A DNA stretch of 64,000 bases, the filler included, from Stramenopiles sp. TOSAG23-3 (taxonomy: Eukaryota): the NCBI GenBank assembly GCA_900128585.1. It is 15 parts of 15 records of this genome, joined end to end, with 100 filler letters (N's around TTAATTAATTAA, not from the genome) between each part and the next. Parts side by side here need not be neighbours in the genome. Positions count along the whole stretch, not along the records: positions 8,601 to 12,800 come from LT643913.1; positions 12,901 to 17,100 come from LT643914.1; positions 17,201 to 21,398 come from LT643915.1; positions 21,499 to 25,695 come from LT643916.1; 11 more parts are not named here. The stretch is one strand, 5' to 3'. Below the pieces are notes generated by a model that was not told where the DNA came from, searched no databases, and saw only the letters and a program-made list of their open reading frames with translations. Below are positions 11,573 to 21,793 of this stretch, one piece after another. Both the position numbers and the translations under genes were made by a program. Position 1 is the first letter of the stretch, and the number at the start of each line of letters is the position of its first letter.

Positions 11573-12684
11573 GCTGTTTTACGCTGTTCGAATGTGCGCT
11601 TCTTCAATAAATATCGACCTGGGATTATTTTTTCAACTTCAAAGGATTGGCATTCAATGAAAATTAGTAAACTTTATTTCTTAAATTGATTCCACTTCTT
11701 ACTTTCAAAAGTAGTTTTCCTTACTTGTCCTACACTTTTTGCAAGTAGTAATACTGCCAAATCGTGGAGGAAGAAGAAATCGTTTTCGTTCTTCGGCGTA
11801 GTTGCTATTATTATTTTAATTATTAAATTTGTTTGTTGTTGTTTTTATTTTTGCCTTCGTACTACTACTGGTATTATACTGTATATGTGGTGTAATTAAT
11901 ATTATTTATATATTTTATTTTTTATAATAATAAATATTTAAAAAAAAAAAAAAATCCAAACAAACAACACAAAAAAAAAAAAGAAGAAAGTGAAAATTAT
12001 TTAGCATAAACACAGCATCACAATAAATAAAATAAAAACACAAAAAACCCATTTTTTTCTATTAGAGGAGGACTCTTCGCTATCAAAGGGAGATATGATG
12101 AAAAAAAGGAAGAAGAGAAGAAGTCATCGTTTTCAATTTATTTATTTATTCAATATTTTATACTACTGTAATACTGTATAATACTATTTCCATGTTTGTT
12201 ATACGTATCCCTGTAATAATATCTGTTGTTACATTTTCATTTCTCCTTGTATTCCACAGTATCTTGAATCTCGAAATCGTTAATAATGGTGTGATTATGT
12301 ATTTTATTAAATATAAAGACTATATACGTATAGGACTAGTTTGAAAAATATCTTTTATTATATTAATATCTACTCATATCTACACAGCACAGCATATAAA
12401 ATTAATATTTTGTTTTTGGTGGAAATGAATGAAGAATGAATGACGCGCCAATACAATCACAATGTAGAAGAAGAGTAATAAATATTATTATTTAATTATT
12501 ATTATACTGTATAGTAGTTAAATAGGTCTATTTGCCACTCTAAATTGTATTTATTAGAATTACAATCTTCGTTCTTCTTCTATCTTTCGTTCTTCTATCT
12601 TCTTTTATTTCTTCTTCCTTTTTTATATTAATATTAATACTTACTTATTAAATATATTCGTAGTATTATTATTCTATTAAATAT

Positions 12685-12800
12685 TTCTTCTTTTTCTTCT
12701 TCTTCTTCTTTTTCTTCTTCTTTCTTCTTCTTCTTTTTCTTCTTCTTCTTCTTCTTCTTCTTCTTCTTCTTCTTCTTCTTCTTCTTCTTCTTCTTCTTCT
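12685..12800. repeat. (TTC)n microsatellite at contig end
   Basis: Long pure TTC tract adjacent to the linker. Confidence 0.9.
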
Positions 12801-13090
12801 NNNNNNNNNNNNNNNNNNNNNNNNNNNNNNNNNNNNNNNNNNNNTTAATTAATTAANNNNNNNNNNNNNNNNNNNNNNNNNNNNNNNNNNNNNNNNNNNN
12901 GAGAAAAACAAAACAAAGAAACAAAACAATTGCAAAAGAACAATTGTTGTTGGTACATTGAAACAAAGTTGGTTCTTTTGTTTAATGCTGTGTATATGTA
13001 TTTACTTAGTAGAAGAAGAAAAGAAAATAATATTCGATTTTCGTATTTTTTACATATTTATATTATTTTTCAACAATTTTATTTCGCCGG

Positions 13091-13954
13091 TCAGAGCCTG
13101 GCGTTCGTTTGCCCACAGATTTTGGTACCAACAATTTCTGATTTTGATTGACCCAAGCAAGCGCTTACAACCCGGCTCGAAATTTCACCGTTCACAATAT
13201 AAACATCGACAGTGCCGCTGGAAGCGCTCGATACATGTACTCCGCGGTGAACTTTCAGGCCGATGCCCCCCGTCACATCGATCGCACTGTGGTGTTCCAT
13301 CTCAACCGCCATACTTGGAGTGTACACTTTTATTAAGTCCTTCACCGACCCCCCATTAGAAGGAGGAACGCGAAGGAGCCCGTCCACTCCCCCAATAGCA
13401 AAAACAAGGCGTTTGACATTGGGCAATTCCAAACTAAGCCTAACGACCAAATCGTCTCCTGATAAAATAGAAAACCTTCTCTTCGAATCTTTGACGTTTA
13501 CTACGTCTCCAAAAGTCACGTCCACCTCTCCGGCCGTTCCACTTTGCAAAAATCTGCCTCTAACATCGCCTTGGAACGCGAGCCCCGTTCCCACTACCCA
13601 CTGGTGAGGCGGGTGCGACCTCACCACAACCCCAACATCCTTCAGAGCGTCGCACACTATTCTATTCAGTGTTAGCATTTCTTGGCGGACCAGGGAAACG
13701 GCCTGGGCTTGGGACAAGCAGTCGCTCTCCGGCGGGAACACGACACCCGGCAAGTGCCCCTCGTTCAGCCTCCACCTTCGGCTTCTAAGGTGCCCAAAAG
13801 AACCGGCACCATGGACAATAACAACGCGGATCCCCGACTCGATGCATTTCTTTACTGCACGCGCCAGCGCATATATTCTACCAACAATTGGTGTGCAAAA
13901 ACTGTCTTTTTGTGTAATCAACCCACCGCCAAGTTTTATTACAACCACTTCCAT
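13091..13954 (-). CDS. IPK: Isopentenyl phosphate kinase (amino acid kinase superfamily)
   Basis: VVIKLGGGLITQK, IVHGAGSFGH (IPK-type catalytic His), FGDVV, ILSGDDL and DVTGGIGLK. Confidence 0.8.
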   Translation of the reverse strand: MEVVVIKLGGGLITQKDSFCTPIVGRIYALARAVKKCIESGIRVVIVHGAGSFGHLRSRRWRLNEGHLPGVVFPPESDCLSQAQAVSLVRQEMLTLNRIVCDALKDVGVVVRSHPPHQWVVGTGLAFQGDVRGRFLQSGTAGEVDVTFGDVVNVKDSKRRFSILSGDDLVVRLSLELPNVKRLVFAIGGVDGLLRVPPSNGGSVKDLIKVYTPSMAVEMEHHSAIDVTGGIGLKVHRGVHVSSASSGTVDVYIVNGEISSRVVSACLGQSKSEIVGTKICGQTNARL

Positions 13955-14321
13955 CTTTCGTCACGTCTGTTACCCTCTTCTCCCAAACGCGGAAATCATG
14001 TAGCTATATGCACCGACTATAGTGCCTAACCTATGGAAACAAAAGAAAAGAAACAAAAAATAAAGCGAGAAGAGACTTTCCAAAATGGCTTGACTTGAAA
14101 ACATATAGTCGTACCTTATTATGCAGTGCATTTCAGACTATAATTAGAGACTCCAAAAATGTATCCTCCCACCACATTCATCTGTCTTTATCAATAACCA
14201 AGGTTCTTTTAATCATCATCTCCTCTGTACATTATTATCTCATTATTTATTATTAGACATCACAGCAGGAGCATCATTTATATTATTATTTTTAGAAGCA
14301 GATACCGGTACATGTATTTAG

Positions 14322-14428
14322 GAAGAAGAAGAAGAAGAAGAAGAAGAAGAAGAAAAAAGAAGAAGAAAAAAGAAGAAGAAGAAGAAGGAAGAAAGAAGAA
14401 AGAAGAAGAGGAAGGAGAGAAGAAAGAA
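14322..14428. repeat. (GAA)n microsatellite between divergent genes
   Basis: Tandem GAA tract. Confidence 0.85.
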
Positions 14429-14704
14429 GTCATTAGTCGCATTGCATTATTTTATTGCTGCATTACATCTCATGAATTTATAGAAGACTAGAATGTTCAA
14501 TGTTCAATGTTCATTTTGTTGTCTCTTACCTTTCCTTACCTTACGATACCTTACATTACCTGACCTTACCTACCAGTGACATTGGAGAAGGCTTTGAATT
14601 TTTGAGCAGGCTTAGGAAAGGGACGAACGAGTGCGTTCTTCTTCTGTGACGTGTTGTATCGTAGCATAAAGCAGTTTGGGCGCGGGTGGGTTGGTATTGA
14701 ATAG

Positions 14705-16114
14705 ATGTTAGACAAGGTTGGTGGGTTGACGAACTGCTCGTCGTGTGTCACGACGAAGCGAATAAACTATGTAGATCAGACGATCGCGCGTTGCATCGAG
14801 GATGGCGATCTTTATGCATGTAAGTGTTCGAGAAACTACCAGCTCAATTCCCCGGATGCAAAGGAGTGCACCCACGCATTTGCTGGAAAACTTTGGCCGG
14901 TTTTGTTGAACTACGTTTACGTCTTGCCGCTCTTGGTCTACGCGACGCACATTATCACCGTGATTCTGCGTAAGAAGGTTCGAAACGCACTAAAAAGGGC
15001 TCCAAACAGGGGGTTTCCCGGCGAGCAACCCGGGTGCCGGCAGAAAACCAAGGCATGCTTGTATGGAAACAAAGTGATTTTCGCGTTGAACTCCCTCATG
15101 GTATTCGTATTTGCACGACTCTTTTTAACGGTTGTCGGTGGGGCGGAGGGGATGAATCAGGTGCTGCCTGGAGCGGTCGAGGAAATCATTGTTGATACGG
15201 GCTCGAAGTCCGGCCTCGTGTGTTTGGCCATGGTCGGGGCGGTGTTGTACGAAGTTAGAGCCAGCGTCATTGCTATGGGGAGCTCAAAACGTAAGGTCTG
15301 CAACCCGAAAACAATTGCGTACGTGTTCGTTCTCTTTAGTGTTCTGGGAAACTTTGGTTTGGGAGTCATCACGTTGGTCATGTACCGGGTCATTGGGGAC
15401 ATACCCAAGGGGGACATGGGTGGGTTCGAGCTTGCGCGTAATCTTTTAGGCCCTATATGGCAAAGCATATTCGGACTCGTGTTCCTCTTCTCCGCCCTCT
15501 TTTTCGGGGCCAAGACCATTCACTTCATTTACGACATGGGCTACAATTCTGCCACACGCTTTTCGATCAGCGACAGCAGGAAGAAGAAACTTGAGCTGGT
15601 GCTCGTGCTTGCGTTTTACTTGTTGGCTTCCTCTATTATCATCGTCTTCACCATTGCTACCCTTGTTGTGTGCGACATCATGGACGTTCGTTCAAAGAGC
15701 CCACTGTCCCTCGCAACTTGCTACGCAACGTATCGAACATTTGACACACTCCTGGCCTTCGTTGCATGCAGAATTTTCGAGGGTACGCTGCGGAGCAGCA
15801 TGTTCACGTGCTGCAAACTCGTTCGGTGTTGCCAAAATGGGGATTCCGCGTCGTTTAAATTGAGGGAGCATATTCAAGACCAGGACATGAACTTGACGAG
15901 CATTGGAGAAGTGCAGCTGAGCGACGATGTTAACTCGGCATCGGCATCTGAACATACGACCCATGACCCAGAGAGAGAAATATCGGCTGCGTCGGTGATG
16001 ATGAACAATGCTAAAGTATTTCTCACGGTGGCCAACCCTCTCAGCGGAAACCGGGCCTCTTCGGTCGCTGGGAACGAGAGGCAGAAGACCAATTTGAACA
16101 GTTGGAGCAGGTAG
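14705..16114 (+). CDS. EGF-like domain plus 7-TM (GPCR-like) membrane protein
   Basis: N-terminal CIEDGDLYACKCSRNYQLNSPDAKEC resembles an EGF C-x-C-x3-Y-x-L...C motif; seven hydrophobic segments follow, then a Cys-rich and disordered tail. The true 5' end may involve an upstream exon. Confidence 0.6.
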   Translation: MLDKVGGLTNCSSCVTTKRINYVDQTIARCIEDGDLYACKCSRNYQLNSPDAKECTHAFAGKLWPVLLNYVYVLPLLVYATHIITVILRKKVRNALKRAPNRGFPGEQPGCRQKTKACLYGNKVIFALNSLMVFVFARLFLTVVGGAEGMNQVLPGAVEEIIVDTGSKSGLVCLAMVGAVLYEVRASVIAMGSSKRKVCNPKTIAYVFVLFSVLGNFGLGVITLVMYRVIGDIPKGDMGGFELARNLLGPIWQSIFGLVFLFSALFFGAKTIHFIYDMGYNSATRFSISDSRKKKLELVLVLAFYLLASSIIIVFTIATLVVCDIMDVRSKSPLSLATCYATYRTFDTLLAFVACRIFEGTLRSSMFTCCKLVRCCQNGDSASFKLREHIQDQDMNLTSIGEVQLSDDVNSASASEHTTHDPEREISAASVMMNNAKVFLTVANPLSGNRASSVAGNERQKTNLNSWSR

Positions 16115-16359
16115 TAAAGAAAGACTTCTTGCGAGAGGGATATGGTGTGTAAAGACAAGTGATGTGCACAAAAATCACGACACCGCGCGCGCGTTGCGTA
16201 GATTTAAGAACGCGGGCTGGAGTTTTAATAAAATAAAAACAACATACGCACACATATGTTTTTTTTTAAATGATGAAACAATCTCTCGCTTTAAAATCTC
16301 GGGCGCAAATTGTACACTTCCAAGAAAAAAGAACTAACTGCAGCACCCTGACCTGGTAG

Positions 16360-17100
16360 TTACGTGTCCACCGTACTACCAACCTGAGACCTGCTGAGCT
16401 GATTGAATTCTTCGTGGATTGCCGCATTCTGCTTCATTAAATTCCGGTGCTGGTTCGCCACCTCCTCGAACGTATTGTCCTGCAAGCTGTACGTGATGGT
16501 GGTAATGTACTTTTCTTTGTAACGGTTGGTCACGCCAAGCACCATCAGCCCGTCCTTGATCGCCGTACAGTACAAATGGTTCAAAGTAACGTGTTGGGGG
16601 ATCGGCAGGTGGACGCCGTAGATCTCTGGGGCCGTGTGGTTCAAAATGATATGGCGCAGCTGGGGAGGCAAAAAGGGAGGCTCCTGGCCGTAATCCTCTC
16701 GCGAAGGCATCTCCTGGCCAAGGTCTTCGTCGGCGACTATGTGGTCCCGCCAATCTCGCGTGTCATCTAACGTGCTGCGGAAGTTGGTCAAGTCCAGCAG
16801 GTTGTTCACGTTTCCTTGGGCGTCGGCCAAGGTAGGTTGGTCTGGCGAGAAGCGCCATTCCCCATCCACCAAAAATTTGTAAGCATGCTTGCCCCGGGGC
16901 AAAGAGCATATGTATGTAAAATCGTTCCCCCCACGGTGCATGGGAATTTTCGTCTTCCAGCCGTTAAACGTCCCTGATATAAAAACCTCGTTCCCCCCGT
17001 GTTCCCAACGAAAAACGGCCACCAGTTGCTCCGCTTCCCCTCCGGAACCTTCGCCAAAGCCAAACCCTGTCCCTCCCCCAGTGCCAGACCCCTTTGCGGA
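16360..17100 (-). CDS. PRKAB: AMPK/SNF1 beta subunit (CBM48 and ASC domains), 5'-truncated
   Basis: VFRWEHGGNEVFISGTFNGW, YKFLVDGEWR, GNVNN, PPFLPPQL, PQHVTLNHLY and RYKEKYITTITY. Frame is open to the contig edge. Confidence 0.92.
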   Translation of the reverse strand, partial: SAKGSGTGGGTGFGFGEGSGGEAEQLVAVFRWEHGGNEVFISGTFNGWKTKIPMHRGGNDFTYICSLPRGKHAYKFLVDGEWRFSPDQPTLADAQGNVNNLLDLTNFRSTLDDTRDWRDHIVADEDLGQEMPSREDYGQEPPFLPPQLRHIILNHTAPEIYGVHLPIPQHVTLNHLYCTAIKDGLMVLGVTNRYKEKYITTITYSLQDNTFEEVANQHRNLMKQNAAIHEEFNQLSRSQVGSTVDT

Positions 17101-17200
17101 NNNNNNNNNNNNNNNNNNNNNNNNNNNNNNNNNNNNNNNNNNNNTTAATTAATTAANNNNNNNNNNNNNNNNNNNNNNNNNNNNNNNNNNNNNNNNNNNN

Positions 17201-18399
17201 ATCGCGATTATCGCACTTTCCTCGGGCATTGGAGCGAAAGAACGTTTGAAGAAAATGAATTCTATCAGATGTTCTTTTGACATTCCGTGGGGAACTGATA
17301 TTGTCAAAGACTTTGACATCTTGTCATATTCTGCTACTGGTGCGTGACTATTCTCTTTTCCTTTCCATTTGCCAGGGGATTCTTTTGAAAAGATAGGGCC
17401 AGTCGACTCCTTTTCAACGGCAATATCATATAGTTGTTCGGCAAGATCGTCATCACTGATAATGCCCTTGCAAGACCTTTGTGCTTCTTCGCCCCCGAAA
17501 ACATGTGCCGGACACAGGTAGGCAGATTGAATCTCTGTATTTGCAAATTCAACGTTCCAGTTGAACTTTTCCTTCCCGTATTCTGCCGCAATGCCAGGCT
17601 TCAACACGATTTGTCCGTCGTTAAAACCTTCAAAGTGGTCGTCAAACATCAACTTGAAAAACTCTTTATGGCCTACGAACGTAATTTTCTCTTCGTCCAA
17701 TTCAAACAGAAACCAAGTCAACAAGTCGCGCGCTCGTTGGCGCGCGAGACTGTAATCATCTCCGTCTTCTTTATTTTCAAACATTGTGTCTTTGTCGGGG
17801 GTACCGTAAACAAAACTAACAAAGGGGAAATCGGCCCTCAAAGCTGATAGACTTCGTCTATTTTCGCACATAAAATCCACTATCCGTTCTCTCCCTAAGT
17901 CCGTGCCAAGAATCGGGGGTTCTTTTCCCACGGAAAATCCTTCGGGCGTCCAGGGAATGCTATAACGGGCGGTTTGTATGGCCCGGGAGAGTGTGCTAGA
18001 TACAACAATATCGGTGTCCAATACGTGTGAATTATTTGGAGCAGCAGTTTCAACGCTTCGAACAGCAAACTGGTAGTTTCCTTTCTCGATCTTTCGCCGT
18101 AACGCAAAACATTGCTCGATGCCCTTGGGTGTTAGCCTGGCGTCGACAAATTCGTTCTGACTCTCTGAAAACAACAAGACGTCAGTTGACCCCGCTTTTC
18201 GTTCTGCCTCATTATGAAACCCTTCAGCATGACGAACAAAGTGTATTAACTTACACTCCTTAGATTCTTTGGCAACTTTGTTGACAAAGTTTTCGGGGGA
18301 CGCTGGAACCAACAACGGTGCGATGTTGCAAACGTTGTCACCGCGACAAAAGGCAAACAGAACCGTCGCCGTCAACGAAAGAAAATAATGTCTCGGCAT
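17201..18399 (-). CDS. Signal-peptide histidine phosphatase (PGM-like) fused to a C-terminal superoxide reductase/neelaredoxin-like domain, 3'-truncated
   Basis: Signal-like MPRHYFLSLTATVLFAFCRG. Phosphatase motifs IHFVRHAEGFHN, DARLTPKG, SSTLSRAIQT and FVGH. C-terminal PGKWKGKENSHAPV...VPHGMSKEHLIEFI resembles SOR EKHVP...HPMxxxHxIxWI. Confidence 0.72.
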
Positions 18400-19189
18400 C
18401 GCTTCAAACTAATTCAGGTGAACGCGTTGTTTTTCATTTATTGGCTTATAATTTTGTTATATGTATGAAAGAGCTAGGAATATTGCGTTACGCCAAATAA
18501 ACAACAGAAGATAGAAAAGTAAACGACACTGGTCTCGCCCGTGGCGTGGTGGGTGGTGATGAGCAGAAGAATATTGTTGTGATTTTAATAGACTAGTAAT
18601 AATAATAATAATTTTTTAATTGTTGAAAAGAAGAAGAAGAAGAGAAGATGCGTTTCAGCTTCTTTCGGCTTTCGGCCGTGTCATCCGATTATTTATTAAT
18701 ATTATTTAGGTCTGTCTATTTAAGTTACTTGACACTACTAAATATTGTACTTATAATTCATATTTTATTTCGGGATTATACACTAATAATAATAACAGGT
18801 ACATAATTCATGTCTTATTCTGGGATTATATTATTATAACCCGTAGTGCGTAGAGCTTTGTATAATCTAACTAGTGGTCAGGACTGACTGACTAACTCCA
18901 CTGGAGATTTTGTTAGTTATTACGTTTGTAATAAATTTTTTTAAAGCAGTGACACAGCAGGAGCATGATGAACGGGAAGAAAAAAAAGCGAAAATCTTTG
19001 TCGATGATGATGATCGATCGATCTTTTATTTTAAAATTTATCAGACGACTTAAAATATATGCAAACGAAACAACATGTTTACAGAAGAAGGAAATAAAAT
19101 TTAATATGGAAGGTATTGATTCAAGTAGTAAAAATCAAAACTGAAACAAAAATTAAACTTATTTTATTTACATAAACAAATCTGAAAAC

Positions 19190-19957
19190 ATGGCATCTCT
19201 AGCAAGTAATGGCGTTTCGCAAATCTCCATCCCAGAGGAGAAAGTCTTTCGTGGGCGCCCTCTTCCGTTCACTCTTGCACCAACCGGGGCAAACAATACT
19301 CCGGACGATCTGGTTGCATACGTTAAGTCCAACAAAGATGCGATTCTGCAACAAGCGCTAACGAATGGTGCGGTCCTTCTGCGCGGTTGGACGGACACAA
19401 GCCCGGAAAAGTTTGCCGAAGTAGCGGAAAGTCTTGGCTTGGAGAAGTTTCCATATGTAGGTGGAGCGGCCCCACGCACAAACGTCGTCCGAGATGTCGT
19501 ATTCACCACAAATGAATCTCCCCCTTCAGAGCCGATCCCATTTCACCATGAGATGGCCCAAGTACCAAACCCACCAAAGTATGTCATGTTTTACTGCGAA
19601 ACGCCAGCTGCTGTCGGCGGGGAGACGCCCATTATTTTGAGCAATGAAGTAGCCGAATACATGAAGCTGAAGCACCCAAAGTTCACCGAAAAAGTCGTCG
19701 AGCACGGAGTTCAGTACTGCCGTGTTATGCCGCTTGAGGATGATAATTCGTCTGCGATTGGAAGGTCATGGAGAAGCACGTTCTTGTGCAAGACGAAGGA
19801 AGAAGCAGAGGCTGCCATGCGTAACATTGGAACGACTTGGGAATGGCTTGATAACGGCGATCTGAGGACCACCACTGCTGTCGTGCCCGCCTTGAAAGAG
19901 GACGCTCGCGTTGGAAAGGATATGTTTATTAACGCGACTCGAGGAACGATCCTGTGA
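19190..19957 (+). CDS. TauD/clavaminate-synthase-like Fe(II)/2OG dioxygenase; 5' part of a frameshifted TauD-AKR fusion gene
   Basis: GAVLLRGW, YVGGAAPRT, NESPPSEPIPFHHEMAQ (HxE), GGETP and SSAIGRSW. The domain continues in another frame from 19936 (DSRNDPVKAVQFGNG). Confidence 0.8.
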   Translation: MASLASNGVSQISIPEEKVFRGRPLPFTLAPTGANNTPDDLVAYVKSNKDAILQQALTNGAVLLRGWTDTSPEKFAEVAESLGLEKFPYVGGAAPRTNVVRDVVFTTNESPPSEPIPFHHEMAQVPNPPKYVMFYCETPAAVGGETPIILSNEVAEYMKLKHPKFTEKVVEHGVQYCRVMPLEDDNSSAIGRSWRSTFLCKTKEEAEAAMRNIGTTWEWLDNGDLRTTTAVVPALKEDARVGKDMFINATRGTIL

Positions 19958-21180
19958 AAGCTGTACAGTTCGGCAATGGCGAAAAGATGACTGCCGACGA
20001 AGGCGCAGTTTTGCTGGACATTGAAAAGTTCATGATGAAAACCCGTGTGGCATTCAAGTGGCAAAAAGGCGACGTTATTGTCATCGACAATGGCGTTTGC
20101 ATGCATTCGCGCAATACATTTGAACGTCCCCGCCGTATTCTCGCGGCGCTCGGTGGCCCTCGGGTGGAGACAGTTGGTGCTGAAGTGTCGGGGCCAGTGG
20201 CCGATATGCCCTATTTAACGGTTCGAAGCGGTGATAAAATGCCGGCTGTCGGCATGGGGTTCTGGAAGGTGCCAAACGATGCGTGTGCTGACACTGTGTA
20301 CAACGCAATCAAGATCGGCTACAGGCACCTTGACAACGCCTGTGATTACGGGAACGAGAAGGAGGTTGGGGACGGTATTGCTCGCGCGATCAAAGACGGC
20401 CTTGTTACAAGAAAAGAACTCTGGATAACGTCGAAGCTTTGGAACACGTACCATTCCCCGGAACATGTTGAAGCGGCTTGCAGGCGAAGCCTTTCGGACT
20501 TGGGCCTCGAGTATTTGGATTTATACCTCATACACTTCCCAATTTCCTTGCGTTATGTCCCCTTTGAAACGAGGTACCCTCCTGAATGGGTCCATGACCC
20601 ATCTGCTTTGAAGCCATGCATGGAATTTGCACAGGTTCCCATGCACCAAACGTGGAAGGCGATGGAAGACCTTGTACTGAACGGCATGGTGCGGAACATA
20701 GGTGCATGCAACTTCAACACACAAACCCTCCGCGACATACTTTCCTACGCCCGTATCCCCCCCGCCGTTCTTCAAGTTGAGATTCATCCATACAACAATC
20801 AAGAACTTTTGGTGAGATTCTGCAAAGAAGAAGGCATCGTCGTCACCGCATTCTCCCCGTTGGGATCAAGCTCTTACGTAGAGCTCTCCATGGCGACACA
20901 ATCCGATTCATGCATGTTGGAAGAAACTGTAAAAGCCATCGCCGCGAAGAAAGGCAAAACTCCAGCACAAGTCTTGCTTCGCTGGGGGCTTGAAAGAGGC
21001 ACGTCAATCATTCCCAAAAGTACAAAAGTCCACCGTATGAAAGAGAATATTGACATCCTTTCTTTTAAACTTGACAGTGACGATATGGCCGAGCTAGCGA
21101 CGCTACAGAGAGGACGCAGGTTTAACGACCCAGGCGCCTTCACACTTGGCATGAATACATTTTGCCCAATTTACGAGTAA
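19936..21180 (+). CDS. TauD C-terminus fused to an aldo-keto reductase (xylose/mannose-6-phosphate reductase-like); 3' part of the same gene
   Basis: WQKGDVIVIDNGVCMHSR carries the distal His of TauD. The AKR starts near 20206 with the tetrad D/Y (HLDNACDYGNE), K (ITSKLW) and H (LIHFP), plus IIPKS. Confidence 0.85.
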   Translation, partial: DSRNDPVKAVQFGNGEKMTADEGAVLLDIEKFMMKTRVAFKWQKGDVIVIDNGVCMHSRNTFERPRRILAALGGPRVETVGAEVSGPVADMPYLTVRSGDKMPAVGMGFWKVPNDACADTVYNAIKIGYRHLDNACDYGNEKEVGDGIARAIKDGLVTRKELWITSKLWNTYHSPEHVEAACRRSLSDLGLEYLDLYLIHFPISLRYVPFETRYPPEWVHDPSALKPCMEFAQVPMHQTWKAMEDLVLNGMVRNIGACNFNTQTLRDILSYARIPPAVLQVEIHPYNNQELLVRFCKEEGIVVTAFSPLGSSSYVELSMATQSDSCMLEETVKAIAAKKGKTPAQVLLRWGLERGTSIIPKSTKVHRMKENIDILSFKLDSDDMAELATLQRGRRFNDPGAFTLGMNTFCPIYE

Positions 21181-21793
21181 GTTCATCAATCGGGGGAAAT
21201 TCTTACGAAGAATAATATCGTTTTGGGGAATATTTATTATAATAATAGACTATAAATAGGAAATAATAACTATATTTATTAGTATACTATACTATGATTC
21301 TATTATTTTTTCAACGAAAATGTTGGGACGAGAGCAAGGATGCAAGTATCTTTGGCGCGGAATTGAAAAATGGTAAACAACTTTGTGCTAACTATTTGNN
21401 NNNNNNNNNNNNNNNNNNNNNNNNNNNNNNNNNNNNNNNNNNTTAATTAATTAANNNNNNNNNNNNNNNNNNNNNNNNNNNNNNNNNNNNNNNNNNNNTG
21501 ACCGAACAGAAATCATGTTAAAACTTTAAAACTTTTGGAGCGTACAGTGTTTAAATTGTGTGTGTTGTGTTTATAAAAAACTTGTAATGCTTACGAACAG
21601 AAAATTAGACCAGAATAATTCTTAATTCAAAGAACTTCAATAACTGCAAATACATCAGCGGATTTATTTTTGCTTTTGCTAAAGAAATGGACTTTCTATT
21701 TACTATTTAGCGTACAAAAAACAAATTATATAGAGTATATGTTTTAATACGTATAAGTTATGTTTGCTTTCTCGTGTCGGTTTTACCGGTGCC

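Noticed and set aside
19930-19957. Intron or programmed frameshift joining the two TauD-AKR ORFs
   Set aside because: There is no suitable GT-AG pair or slippery heptamer at the junction, and conserved residues are missing rather than extra.
9095-21180. A metabolic gene cluster (GT4-HAD, IPK, phosphatase-SOR, TauD-AKR)
   Set aside because: The genes lie on three unlinked contigs. Only phosphatase-SOR and TauD-AKR are true neighbours (divergent), with no evidence of shared function.
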